NCBI GenBank assembly: GCA_028534125.1
Contig: CM052816.1
Coordinates: 8,310,001 to 8,374,000, forward strand
Reading direction: 5' to 3'
Source of the DNA: Lama glama
Lineage: Eukaryota
Length of the DNA: 64,000 nucleotides
In this document: positions 34,838-51,108 of the stretch, in pieces
How the letters are laid out: every line of letters begins with the position of its first letter
Position numbering within the stretch: position 1 is the stretch's first letter
Program-made: the position numbers and the translations under genes
The notes under the pieces: generated by a model
The model's input: the letters and a program-made list of their open reading frames with translations, nothing else
The model's database searches: none
What the model was told of the DNA's origin: nothing

Positions 34838-35422
34838 GTAGGTGCCTTGGTCTCAGCCCCCACCCTTATTCTGAACTGGCCCCAGACCTTGTCACAGCCC
34901 TGGGGTACTGTCAGCCATGTTCCAGTCCAGTTCTAGCCTATGTCGATCAAAGCCCCATTTCCAGGATAAGCCCAAACCAAAGTTCAGTGTCAGCCCCCAA
35001 TCCAATCCTAATCCCAACCTAGACTTTCTGCCTAGCCAGAACCCCAGCCCCATCCCAATTTCTAATCCTAACTGCCATCCCAGGCTCAGGCAGCCCCATC
35101 CCCAAATTCAGCCAGGCTGCTGTTCATCTCAGCCACAGTCCTGAGGCGGAACACACCCAATGAGCGCTACAACTCTAGTCCCAGTTCCGAACCCAGGGCC
35201 CAAACCAGTATCAGCCCTAAACTTGGCTCTTGCTCCAGCCCGTCCCTGTCCCAACCTAAACCCCAGTTCAGGTAACTCCATCGCTGATTCAATTCCTAAA
35301 GCCTGAAGCCCCTCCCCTAGAAGGCTGGACGACTTAGGCATACAATTGATGCCCGCCCCCAAGAGGCACTGCCCCATGGGTGGGCAGGCATAGCCCTGCC
35401 CCTGACTGCTGCCCCCTTGCAG

Positions 35423-35615
35423 AGAGCGGCTATGTGCAGCTGCTGGAGGAGCTGGACCCTGTACAATTCGCGGAGCTGCACCGCAGCCGGACACTGCATG
35501 TGGTTTTTGAGGCCTACCCACCTCCCACTGTCATGTGGTTCAAGGACAACAGGACCCTGGGTGATTCCAGCGCCGGCGAGATCGTGCTGTCCACACGCAA
35601 TGTGTCGGAGACCCG
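35423..35615 (+). CDS. PDGFRB: PDGFRB exon 7 (Ig domain 4)
   Basis: [34 protein letters not shown]...NVSET; 193 nt. Confidence 0.95.
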
Positions 35616-36056
35616 GTGAGCAGCCGACCTGTCCACCCTATTCTGGAAGTTATTATTCTCTGCAGCCAGCCACCAGGCAGCCCACAGCTTTCAGCTACTT
35701 GGTAAACCAAGGCCCATCTTTTCTGAGAGCCTGCTACATGCCAGGCACCCCCGTTCCAGACCCTGGGGATGCTGCAGAGAACAGAACAGACAGTTCCAGC
35801 CTTCCTAGAATTTCCTGTCTAGTGGGGGAAACAGACACTGGTCAGATGATCACCCAGATGTTTAGTTGTCCTTGTGATGGGTGGAGGCAACAGGAAGCAC
35901 TGGAGGAGAAAAGGGGGGGATGACTGAGGAAGAGGGTGCCAGGTGGGCCACTGCCACCTGTGCATGAATGGTAACCCTGAGGACGGAGATTAGCAGGCTG
36001 ACATGAGGTGCTGCATGTTAGGATAAAGCAGTGTCAGGCCTTTCTGAAAGGGATGA

Positions 36057-36635
<579 letters not shown>

Positions 36636-37707
36636 TGACAAAACCCCAGGCGTTCATGTCCCAGTGATGTTTCCTTCTCATATACCACTCACACTGTACT
36701 ACTAATTAGATGGATATTTACTGAGCAACTACAATATGCCAGTCCATTCAAGGTTGTTGAGGCCCTGCCACCATGCAGCTTGCATCCCAGTGCGGGGAGG
36801 GTAGACATTCAACAGTAGGGGAAAAAACAGCAAGCCACATACAAGGTGAGAAGCTAACAAGTGCTGTGAAAGAAAAAGGAAAATTTTGTAGGGTAGGGAG
36901 GCTGGAGTCCCCCTGAGGCAGGGGCGTGGGGAGGGCTGCAGTTTTAAACAGCTGCATCAGGGCTGGCCTCACGGAGATGACGTGTGTGTGAAGACTTGCT
37001 GAAGGTGAGGGCATTAGCCAAGTGGCTATTTGGGGAAAGGGCACAGCGGGCAGTGCAAAGGGAGGAGCAACACAGAGAGGCCCGTGTGGCCAGAATGGAG
37101 CGAGGGGGAGCCTGGTGGGAGATGAGGTCAGAGCTGAGAGGGGGCAGTTGTTGGGCCAGGGAGGAGAAGATCTGCAGGCCCTTATGGGCCCTCGTGTGGA
37201 CTTTGGCTTTTACTGTGACTGAAATGAAGAGCCACTGCAGGGTTTTGAGCGGAGAAATGACACAATAATGACTTACTGTTTTGTCAACTGACTTTCTAAA
37301 AATAAATTTATTTTGAATGAAAATTGAACCTCTCCATTGTAGATGGAAAATCAGCATCACATGTCATAAATATAAAGCCACCACTAAAATAAACTCTGAG
37401 GAAACAAAACAATGCTATTAAATTCTGGCTCTATGTTCTTGGCTGCCCAGGGCTCTGTTGCTCTTTGTTGAAAGGGAAGATTAGCAAACCTCAGAGAGGT
37501 GTTAAAGGCAGACTAGCACCCTACTGAGGCCTTCCCTTTGAAGGACTCAGAAAGGGAATCTGTCAGTTTTCGCACTGTGATTCCCGGTATTTACTGTTCA
37601 CCTGCACTCTGCAGCTCCCCCTGCACAAGGGAGACTCTGGGCCCTGAGGGCCTTTCCCATTAACTGTCTGTTCTGTCCTCTCCATCTCCCGGGCCCTCTC
37701 CATGCAG

Positions 37708-37831
37708 TGCCCGTCCGTGTGCTGGAGCTGAGTGAGAGCCACCCTGCCAGCGGGGAGCAGACAGTCCGCTGTCGCGGCCGGGGCATGCCCCAGCCACACC
37801 TCACCTGGTCCACGTGTAGCGACCTCAAAAG
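37708..37831 (+). CDS. PDGFRB: PDGFRB exon 9 (Ig domain 5)
   Basis: Manual translation [40 protein letters not shown]; 124 nt, AG/GT bounded. Confidence 0.95.
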
Positions 37832-38228
37832 GTGAGCAGACCCCCGGCCTCAGTCCCCCAGGGTACCCACAGCTGGCTGAAGTACCCAGTGAAAGTCATC
37901 TAGTCCGTCTTCCTCTGAAAACATTGTTTCAGGCTAGAGCCAAGTCCTGATGTGGCTTCTTGGAGATACTCTGCATGACCTTAATTGTCGCTTTTTCTCA
38001 CCTTGACCCTGAGGGTCAAATGAAGAGTGGATTTTGCCATCTAGGGTTCTCAATTCTGGGGTAGGAGCGCCCCTGCTGGTCAGTTGAGGGATCACAGGAG
38101 GAACGGGTTTAGGACCAGGCGGCGGGGGAAAAAATGAATTGGACGCCTCCAGCCTCGTTCCGCCACCACCCCGTGGCGCTGTCGTGGCTCAGTTTTCCTG
38201 GAAGCTGACCTGGCTGCTCTCACGGCAG

Positions 38229-38440
38229 GTGTCCGCGCGAGCTGCCGCCCACGCCGCTGGGGAACAGTTCCCAGGAGGAGAGCCAGCTGGAGACGAACGT
38301 GACGTACTGGGCGGAGGAGCAGGAGTTCGAGGTGGTGAGCACGCTGCGCCTGCGCCGCGTGGATCAGCCCCTGTCGGTGCGCTGCACGCTGCACAACCTG
38401 CTGGGCCACGATATGCAGGAGGTCACCGTGGTGCCGCATT
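38229..38440 (+). CDS. PDGFRB: PDGFRB exon 10 (Ig domain 5)
   Basis: [41 protein letters not shown]...VTVVPH; 212 nt. Confidence 0.95.
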
Positions 38441-38569
38441 GTGAGTCCTCCATCGTCCGTGGCCCTTCACGACCCCTCACCCCCACATCAGTCCTGCCAC
38501 TCTTGGAAGGTACCTGGGTGCCCACGGCAGGTCAGAGTCAGCACGGCCAGGGCACTCAGGAGCATTGTG

Positions 38570-39250
38570 GAGGGGTATGTTCTTATGCACATACACAGCA
38601 GCACAATAGTGGCACACGTGTACGTCCACAAGTATATGTGTATAAACCGACTCTAAACAGAACTGTCCCCTCAAAGTGTAGTAGTATGTACACTGTATGT
38701 ACATCATAAGTTGTGTATGTGAGCATGCCTGATCCTTGGACATGGGTGCATACCCTCCAAGTGTAGATTTGTAACCCACAGAATGAAGAATGCCCAATCC
38801 CCAGACACATGCATAAAGCTAAAGTGTGTGTGTGTGTGTGTGAGGACGTATGCAAGCATGTTTATGTGTGAAAACCCACTGACTGTATGTTTGTAAATCA
38901 TGAACATGAGCATGCCCAAGCCCCAGGCAGTTATATAAACCCACGAGTGAATATCTGTAGGCATGTACATGCAGATGTGTGATCCCCATACAAGTGTGCA
39001 AATGATGCATTTACCACTCCTGTGCACGTGTGTGTGCTGACATAGTGCATGTCTATAAGTATGGAGAGGCAACACACCCTTCTGTAAAAGTGTGCAGCCC
39101 GAGCCCTGTGCATATATGCCTCTGTGCTGTGCATGTCTGTTAGCAGGTACACACACCTGCATAATTCTTGTCTATGTGAACAGTCCCTACTAGTGCCCAG
39201 ATGCTATTGCTACCTGCCAGTCCCTGTACACGTATGTACCTGTGTGCATG
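38570..39250. repeat. Degenerate TG/CA-rich low-complexity tract (intron 10) with a (TG)n core near 38824-38842; similar tract at 27720-28145 (intron 1)
   Basis: Long runs of alternating purine-pyrimidine (tgtgtg, catgca, tataca). Confidence 0.75.
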
Positions 39251-40901
39251 TACTTCATTTATTCACCTGTTTCCTCATTCAGTAAATAGTGACAGGGTCT
39301 CACCTTCTCAGTGGAGAAGACCCAGCACTGCCGGTCCGCCTAGTGCCTACAGTCCAGAGAGAAGGCAGACAAGGAACTAGACTTATGGGGGTCACACTTT
39401 GGGGTAAAAGCCTAGACGGAGAAGGGGCTCCATACCCAGCTGTGGGATTCAAGAAAATGTCCTGGTAAAAGGAAGCTAAAAGTCAATAGCTGAAAGATAA
39501 GTAGGAGTTAGCTTGGTGAGGAACAGCGTTCCAGTTAGAGGGAACAGCCTGTGCAAAAGCCCAGAGGCAAAGTGGGTTTAGCAAAGTTAATGGAATTCAG
39601 CCTAGCTAGAGAGCAGAGTATGTGTTTATTTAAGGACTGGAGGAGGAGATAAAGGGGAGGGGAGTGGTAAGGGAGGGGGCTACAGGGGAAGGCAGAAGCC
39701 AGTACAAGCAGAGCTGTGAAGTCTGTACGAGGTGTTGTGACACACTTATGGCTGCACTTGGGTAGGTCCATGTGTAAGTGCAGTTGCCATGTGTAAGTGA
39801 CCTGCCTCCCCCTGCCCTGTGGTGGGATAGGTGGAGATTTTAATACCTTGTCTCACCCACGCTCTCACACATGCACACGTATCCTTGAACAAGTGGGCAC
39901 CTGCAGACCAGCCCTGAGCAAGGCAGAAGGGAAACATTTTTGTGCCATAAGAGGAGAGCCATGCACCAGCCCACGGAGGACTGCCATGGCTGGATGGAGG
40001 CTCCTCTTTTTACTCAGAGGTAGCTCCCTAGAAGATGCGGCCTTCCTTCCCAGGATGTGTGACCTGGTGGGGAGAAGGAGGAGAGGAGTGATGTTGGTCT
40101 GAGTCCTTGAGGAGGAGGAACAGGGCTCTCTAGAGAGCAGAGGAGGGCAGGCGGGGGACAGAGGAGAATAGAATGAGTTCCCAGGGGACCACATGGGTGG
40201 CCAGAGGGGCAAGGCAGGGGAGATGGGGGTCTGGCTAGGATGGATGCAGAGTGAGTGGGAAGGAGTGGGTAACTGTGCAGCAGAGAAGTTGAGGCCTTGA
40301 AGGTGGAGGAGACTCAGGGCTTGCAGGAGCCAGAGTTGGTCCTACTTGGTTACCCCAGTTTCCTCGGGGGTGGGGGGGTACGTTATAACTACCATCACTA
40401 CCTCGGCCCCAGGTGGGCACTTGGCGTGAAATAGGGGAGGAAATGGGCTCCTTTCTGCAGTCTGGGTGCATCAGGCTGTGGGAGCTCAGTCACTAGATCC
40501 ATTGGCCCCTCGGTCAGGCTCTGTCCTAGCTGTGACAGCCCCAGCCAGGGCATGGATTCGGAGGAGAGCTAAGCCACTGCCCGGCTGTCAGGAGCTTGCA
40601 TCCAATCTGGAGCTATGACAGACAGGCCAAACGGACCCTGGCAGAGGCTGAAGGGGTATGGAGGCTGATAGTGATCCAGAGGTAGTTCCTGCAGGGCACG
40701 GAGTATTTATGGAAGAGGCTGAAGATGTGGCCCAGAGGGAAGAGGTTAAGGGTCTGACATCATAGGCCAAGAGGGGAATGGGGCTGGTTCCACTGTGGGC
40801 AGGATGGACAGAGAGGAATTTGTGGCGCCAGAGGTGGAGTGAAGGGAGGGGAGATGCCAGTACCCTATTTGCTCGTTAGCACCTCTTGTCTCTGCTTCCA
40901 G

Positions 40902-40996
40902 CCCTGCCCTTCAAGGTGGTGGTGATCTCAGCCATCCTCGCCTTGGTCGTCCTCACAATCATCTCCCTCATCATCCTCATCATGCTCTGGCAGAAG
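40902..40996 (+). CDS. PDGFRB: PDGFRB exon 11 (transmembrane helix)
   Basis: [31 protein letters not shown]; 95 nt. Confidence 0.97.
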
Positions 40997-41922
40997 GTAA
41001 GCCCCCTGGGTACACACTGGCACACCGTTTTTTTTTTGCATGGATCCCCCCACCCCCAACCATGCCGTCCTCTAGTGCTGCAGGATCTGGTTGTGTCCGG
41101 AGCCCAGCATGGAGCTCAGGTGTAAAGTGATCTACAGTGATGCTGGGTATCTGACCTGCCTCCAAACCCAGCAGCCTGGGCCAACGTGGGCTTGGTCCAG
41201 GCCATCCAGGCTTTCCTGTCTCTGCTGTGCACCCGGCTCCCCACCCAGAGTCCTACTCAGGCATCATCCCTGCCCATCCCAGCCACAGAGTGTGGGGCCT
41301 TCGAGGAGGACTGCATGGGCTCTAGCATTCTTCCAGCTCTCACCCACAGAGACTCCCAGCATCCTACTGAAATGCAGTCTAATTATATGAATCAGTAATT
41401 TCAATGGTCTCTTCTGAGATTTCACCATTCTGTGATTCCAGCACAGGATTGTAGCCATGATTCTATCATTCTAAAGTTCCAATACTGTGATTCCAACATC
41501 CTGTGATTTCAACATTCTAAGGTTACATCTTGCTGAGATTCCCACTGTGACTGACCCAGTGTGGGAGGGGCCATCCACATCTGGCACATTGTCCCTGCCT
41601 CATGTCACTTTCCAGAGCTGCCTGCTCATCTACTCCCATCTGAGGAGCAGCCGGAGTTCTGGGAGAAGCTGGTGAGGCGGTTCTGATGAGCCTGCCCCTC
41701 AGCCATCAGCTGCTCCTCAGCCACCTCCCCCTGGCACCTGTTCCCGCAGAGCCCATGAAGGCCTTGGCTCTATCAGTAACTTGCTGTGTGACTTCAGTTA
41801 TGCCACTGCCCCTCTCTGGGCCTCGGGGTCTCCTGGCCTATCTGTTCCATAAGGAAGTGGACCTAGTGGGCCTCAAGGCCCAGACTCCCTCTGATGTTCT
41901 ATACCTGGTCTTGGTCCCGCAG

Positions 41923-42055
41923 AAGCCACGCTACGAGATCCGATGGAAGGTGATTGAATCTGTGAGCTCTGATGGCCACGAGTACATCTATGTGGACCCT
42001 ATGCAGCTGCCCTATGACTCCACCTGGGAGCTGCCTCGGGACCAGCTTGTGCTTG
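41923..42055 (+). CDS. PDGFRB: PDGFRB exon 12 (juxtamembrane)
   Basis: [44 protein letters not shown]; 133 nt. Confidence 0.97.
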
Positions 42056-42588
42056 GTCAGTCCAGGGAGGCCTCAAATGGCAGTCAGGGGACTTGAGGCG
42101 GGTGGGAACACTGTCTGAGATCTGGGCCCAGCCTTGCCATGACTAGCTTTGAGACCTAGGGCTGAAGTCTTGCCTTCTCTGGCCTCAGTCCCCTCCTGTG
42201 TACAAAGGGGACAAGATAATCTTCCAAGAACTGTCCAGCATTGAGGTCCTGTGATCCTGTGACTGTGTGAGATGGGACGCCTTCGTGGCGAGAGAGGAAA
42301 TATTAATGGAGGGCAGGCCGAGCGCCAGGCCTGTGCTGAGTCTAGCTGGAGAGGCTGAGAAGGTGCAGAGAAGCTGTACTCCTCTCTGCAGTGGGAGAAA
42401 AGCTTCCAGGAACTAAAGATAGGCCAGAAAGCAGGCAGGACTTAGACAAGACAAGGAAGGACGGGGATGCACTCTGATTTTAGGAGCCTCCATGGGGGAA
42501 ACTCCTTAAGTCCATGGTGGCTTGAGGGATGTCTACGCTGACCTGACAGAGGGTGAGGGATACAGCTTCCTGGTGGGCCAGGAGCTGA

Positions 42589-43321
<733 letters not shown>

Positions 43322-43379
43322 TAGCAACTCACAAAATCACATCACCTTCAAGGCCAAAGGACTCTTCAGGCCACCAGTC

Positions 43380-43880
43380 CCAGCAGTTTTTAAATCAAGC
43401 GGTCCTCTGACATTTATTGAGCATTCACAATACGTTTTAAAAAATTATTACAATAAGTGACAGCTCATGTGACACTGAAGTGAATGACTCCCCCAGCTCT
43501 GGAGACTGCCAGCATGCTCGCTGGGAGCTGCTGTCTTCGGATCATAGAATAAGGGCGCTCCAGCCAGGTGTGTTTATTTGAGACTCTGATTACAAGCTAG
43601 GCTGCAAAACAAATGTTATCACTATTTGCAGCTGCTTATTGTGAGATTTGGGACTTTCCTCAGTGTTGTGCAACCAAGACAAATGCGGAAGTGTGTTGTG
43701 TACGTAGGCCAGTTTGAATTTGCAGTGATCACACATTTCGGAATTTTTGATTCCACTGGTATCTTCAAGCTGTCACCAGTTGACTTTAGGTCAGTGTGTT
43801 GGGTTTGAATTTAAACAGTAACCCAATAATAAACAGTTGCCTTTGTTTACTTTATATACTTGGCTCCCAAATAAACTTTA
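43380..43880 (+). mobile_element. Ancient hAT-Charlie transposon fragment in PDGFRB intron 14
   Basis: AT-rich island; 43601-43690 translates to AAKQMLSLFAAAYCEIWDFPQCCATKTNAE, like a decayed hAT C-terminal motif (LLPFxSTYLCExGFS...KTK). Confidence 0.55.
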
Positions 43881-44179
43881 TCAATAACCACTAACCCTGC
43901 GCTTGCTGCATGCCAGGCACTAAGCTGAGCTGACAAAGGCATTAACTCATGGGTACTCAATGCAGCAACTTGAGGTGGGTATTCATAGCCCCATTTAACA
44001 GATGAGGAAAGTAAGGCTGACGGAGACCAAGTGCCTTGCTCACAATCAGGAAAAGAACTAAGTTTGCCTGGCGCCTATGCCTCTTTGCTGTCCCCCATGC
44101 AGCCTGTCATTAGTCTCATGGCCCTGCCCGGAAGGCCTTGGCCTCCCCGGGGACTGTCCCTGAGCCTGTGCCTCCGCAG

Positions 44180-44339
44180 GGCCCATCTACATCATCACCG
44201 AGTACTGCCGCTACGGCGACCTGGTGGACTACCTGCACCGCAACAAGCACACCTTCCTGCAGCGCTGCTCCGACAAGCGCCGCCCGCCCAGTGCCGAGCT
44301 CTACAGCAACGCCCTGCCCGGCGGGCTCCCGCTGCTCAG
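44180..44339 (+). CDS. PDGFRB: PDGFRB exon 15 (hinge/gatekeeper, start of kinase insert)
   Basis: Manual translation [52 protein letters not shown]; 160 nt. Confidence 0.95.
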
Positions 44340-45385
44340 GTGCCAGGAGGGGGGCCAGGACCTGAGTCCGTGGGGGCCCTGAGGAGCGCCTGCTCACTCC
44401 CTCCTTGTCCAGGACAGGAGGCTGAGACCAGGGTGGGCAGAGTCACTCCTGGAGCCAGGTTTCACTTGTCTCCCCAGTCAGCCTGAGACCTGGGCCTCCG
44501 CCACCCCAGATGAGGGCATGACAGTCATGACCGTGATGATGGGGGGGACCACCTACTGACTGTCCATGGTGTGCCAGGCTCCATGCTGAGTACTCTGCGG
44601 ATATGACCCCTTGACCCCTCACCCTGCCCCATCTCGTGTCCTGTTACCTTCTCCCCCTCCACGGGGAGCACCCAGCGCCCTCCTGTCCCAGGCGACCCTC
44701 ACTGTCTGGCTCCACACTCTTCTGCTCCCTCGCCGTGGCTTCCCCACTCCCTCCACACACCAGTCTCTCCACTGCCCCCAGGGCAACTCAACCCCTTTCT
44801 TCTTCTTTTCCAAAAATAACATTTCTTCATTCTTTGGCTGATCACAAAAGCAATACATGTTTATTGCAGAGATAAGAGTAACTTCAGAATAGCATTAACC
44901 CATGTCCTCCCCAACATTTTGACTGATTTCCTTCCCTCCCCCTAGAGGCACATATGGACATAGTCCTGCAGCTCTCTGGGGAGCTGAAGCTGCAGGCAGA
45001 GGCACTAAGGCAATCATTGCCCACTCGCAGGGCATCATGGCTGCACAGTACTTTACAGGCCCCAGAAAGACATCTGGGTACAGGCCCTTCTTGTGACCCT
45101 TGTCCTGGGGTGCTGTAATCACCCCTGGGTGTGAGTTCTCTGAGGACATGCCCTGGGACTTATGTCATCTTGGCAGCCCCAGTGCCCAGCTCAGGGTGGG
45201 TCTGAGGTTGGCTGGAAGGGCTCTCTACCTGGTCATTCATATTGTGACAGACTGGGGGTGGGAGGGAGGGAGAGAAGAAATGCATGAGTGACAGAGCCTT
45301 GCAGGCCCCAGGGATGAGCAGAGGGGCAGGAGAGGGAGGAGAGGGGAGAGCCTGTGCCTCTCCTGTGATACTCCTCTGCCCCCAG

Positions 45386-45546
45386 CCACGTGTCCCTGCC
45401 CGGGGAGAGTGACGGCGGCTACATGGACATGAGCAAGGATGAGTCAGTGGACTACGTGCCCATGCTGGACATGAAAGGGGATGTCAAATACGCAGACATC
45501 GAGTCCTCCAACTACATGGCTCCTTACGATAACTACGTCCCCTCTG
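45386..45546 (+). CDS. PDGFRB: PDGFRB exon 16 (kinase insert; PI3K-binding YMDM and YVPM)
   Basis: [53 protein letters not shown]; 161 nt. Confidence 0.97.
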
Positions 45547-46068
45547 GTAGGTATGCACGGGCTCCTCACACCTGCATGGCCCCTGCACCTGTGCAGTCGT
45601 GCATCCTTTTCAAAACCTTGATCCTGCCCAGCCTGGCAACAACCCTGCAAGGAAGATGGCCATGTGCCCACTTCATAGATGCAGAAACTGAGGCTGGCCA
45701 CCCGGCCTAAGCTGCTGTGGTGTGGAGCTGCAATCTGAACCCCTGTTTCTGGGTCCAGAGATGTGCAAACAGCCCTCAGGGAGGGGAGGGGAGGGGAGAG
45801 GGTGGAAGTACCTGGCCTCCTGGGGCCTTGGGGAAGAGCAGTCCGCTCAGAGCCGGCCCCAGGCCAATCTAGAGCCCCTGCAGAGCCGACAGGCTGGGCT
45901 GAGCAAAGATGGCCATGGCTAATGGCAAGAGTTTTTCTGGCCAGTGAGGGCTCTGATAAAGTTGGAGAGTTTAAGTCAGATATTTGGAAATTGTTTTCCT
46001 TTTTGGGGAGGCTTAGAGGATCAGGAGTCACCTCTTTGGGACATTCAGCCTCCACAAGCCAAAGATAG

Positions 46069-46680
<612 letters not shown>

Positions 46681-47129
46681 TGACCTGCCCAGCAGGGACA
46701 GGAAGGGGAGCCAGCAGCTGTGCACGGGGTTGGGGTAGGGGAGAGACACCGAGGATTGTAGGGTTGGCTGGGGGCTCAGGTTTGCTGGTCATGGCAGGGG
46801 GCGAGGGACTAGCTGTAATGGGTCCTGGGCTGGTTGGAGGGGGAACAGGCCAAATGCGCCATCCCAGCAGTGGTGATGGGCAGAGGAAGAAGCCTCAGTG
46901 ACAGGCTAAGACAGATGAGTAGGTGGGAGGCCGTATTTGGTTAAAACGTGACCATCTTGCCTCCCGGTCATATCCCCACTTTCCACATGGGGTCAGTGAC
47001 CCAGAGCTGCAGGGATGCAAGGCAGCCAGGTGAGAGCTGGGTGGCACTTTGCCACGTCCCTGCCTCCCCGACGCCTACCACCTCAGCCAGAGGCCTCTCC
47101 TGGGGTCAGGAAGGGGGCCTGTTCCATGA

Positions 47130-47648
<519 letters not shown>

Positions 47649-47894
47649 TGACCTTGGCAAGTCTCTTGCCCTCTTTGGGACTCTTTACCTCCCTATCTGA
47701 GTATATAGATGGGTTTGGACAGTTATGTCAAAAAGCCTGCTTGGCTTGGATGTTCTCTGGTTCTCTGATTCTGGGGAGGGATGTGGCCTCTGTCCAGGGC
47801 CTTTGAGGGAACCCACATTGCCCAGTGCCAAGGCCACCTCACCCCTCACCCCTCACCCCTGCCAGGGCTGGTGTGCCTCTCCCTGTCCTGCTGA

Positions 47895-48059
<165 letters not shown>

Positions 48060-48560
48060 TGAGTGGACCGTTTGGGAAGATTTTTTTTGGGTGCAGGCCA
48101 CTGATACCCAGCTTTACCCACTGAGTTCAGAGATCTAGAAAAATCTAGGTATAACCAGATCCAGGTGTTCAGATGAGGTCATCCACAATCTCTCCTTCCA
48201 CTCCTGGGCTCTGCTTTCTTCCTTGCCAGCCTCACGTTCAGGCTGGAGCCATCCCAATGGCCACGCCCCAGCTGCTTTCCCCACAGCTCCAGTGAAAGGC
48301 CCAGAGCTGATTGCCAAGGCTCAGCTGGGGTCACACACCCATCCAGAGCCCACCCCTGAGCTGAGGGGATGAAAACTCCTACTGGCCAGACCTGGGTCAC
48401 ATGTCACCAAGGTGTGATCAACCCCACAGAGCCACTGAACTAGGGGAGGAGAGAGGGCTTCCCAAGGGAGCGTCCAGGCACAATGATGGGACAACCCTCC
48501 CCTCCTCCGCTCCCAGCTCCTCTCACTACTCACCTTGTGCTGGGAGGCGGTGGACCGTGA

Positions 48561-48848
<288 letters not shown>

Positions 48849-49533
48849 TAAAAAATGGGCTAGAGCTGTGAATAATTGATTTTCGAGGCACGGAGTTTTT
48901 AAAAGTGAAATCCTCAATGGAAGCTGATTGATTTAAAGTGAGGGCAGGGAGCCTGCACCCTCCTCCTTCCTGCATCCTTCCCCAGGCCTCTGCGCTCAGG
49001 CTAAATCCCGTGCCTCCTTCATAAGTCTGAATAACCCCAGCCTAGTTGACCACTAGGGGCCTGTTGCAGGCTCGTGCAAGGCAAATAGAGCCAGCAGGGC
49101 CTTAAAACCCTCCCTGCCCAGCTATGAAGCTACAGTAAGGAAATGCACATGTCCTCTGGCCCAGACTCGGCCCTTTCCCTCAGCCCGTTCCTAAGCCCAC
49201 TCCCAGCCACATCTGGTTACGGCCCTGGGACCAGTGGATGGAGTGGAGTTGTCCCCATTCAGTAGCAAGGGAAACTGAGGCCCCAGCGAAGGAGGACGTG
49301 GCAGGCCAAGAGCCCACACCTGTCTACCCGAAATGGGGGAAATTTAGGGTCGCAGGTGCTGGTCTGATCACTGCCCCCTCCCTGGGTGGCCCTGAACGCA
49401 CCTTGCCTTGTGGGAGGCCAGCTCAGCCACGTGGCTTTGTGCAATTCTCCCTCCTGTCTGAGCACCAGTTGCCTTATTTATAAGGGCTGGGTCAGAATCT
49501 GTCAGATGATCCCTAAAGGCATTTCTGGTCTGA

Positions 49534-49803
<270 letters not shown>

Positions 49804-51108
49804 TAGCCACGCTGACGTGTGGCCCGAAGCAGTAGTGTGTGTGGCGTATGTGTGTGTGTGTATCTGTCCATGTCTTCCTGCCATTGGGCCTGCCTTAGAA
49901 GTAAGTTACCAAGGATAGGTACATATTTCCGCCAGCGATCAGAAGAGGGAATTGAATCCATTTGAACTTTGATGACCTCAGGTGAAAGGGGCAGGCTGGT
50001 AAGAGAGAAAAAGGGCTGGGACTTAATTGCGAGGTAGCTGTTCCCTTTAAAGGAGTCCCCAGAGGTCATCTATTCTGTCCCCTCTCTAGGCCCCCCTCTA
50101 CCCCTAAGGAGGACAAGAGGAAAATCTTGTTGGCGTCCCAGCACCCCACGTCCTGCTCTGCAGTCATCGCCAGCCCTAGGGCTGCGGTCTGTCCTTCAGC
50201 ACCACGCCCTGAGGCTCCCAGGGAGCCTGGCACAGTTGTAGGAGGCAGAGGTGTCTACAGGAGTTCAGGCCAGAATTCAGACTAGGGAGGAGATCCATGC
50301 TTTTCCTTTGCCTTGGGTTGTGGTGGAGTTACAGTGTGGGGAGGGTCACAGAGGACGGCCTGGCTCTCGTGTGGAGCTGATGTTCAGACAGGGTCTGCCC
50401 TCAGCTGGAGAGAAGGGTTCCCCTTGAGGCCAGACCCACACCCAAAACCAGATCCACCCTATGGCGAGGTGGCAGGGGCCCCAGCCTGGGTTCCAGCTCC
50501 AGCTCTGCCAGTAGCTGCTGCGGGACCCCACCAGGCACCTTCGCTGCGAGCCTCTCCATGTGCACACACAGGACTTAGAAGGCCCTCCCCACTCTGTTTA
50601 AGAAGCTAATATTCCAAGGCTCCAGGTAGCCAGTGTGCAGTGGAACTAAGCTCAGAATCCAAACAGCTTAGGGTGTGAGTGCTAGTGCTGTTCCGTGCCC
50701 TCAGACAAGCTGCTTCCCCTCTCTGAACCTCAGTTTCCTCATCTCAGATGAAAACAATAGTTCTATTTGGAGGTTGTTGTGGGGATTAACTGAGATCATT
50801 ACACATTCAGGCACGCGGGAGATGAAGACACTGATGGGTGAACAATGAACTTTGAAGTCAACTGGGACTGCTCTGGAGTCCCAGTTCCTATACTTACCTG
50901 CTGTGTGATGCAGGGCAATGACATAACCTCTCTGAGCTGTACTTTCTTCGTCGTGCCTGCCTTGCGTAGTGTTTACAAGGGTTCCGTGAGCTCAAGTGTG
51001 TAAGGTGCGTGGTGTGAGGTCGGACAGATAAAACACTCTACATCGGTGCTGTTACTATTTCACTGTGGTTCCCTCCTAGCCCCTCACTCGCTTGCCTTCC
51101 CCCTCTAG

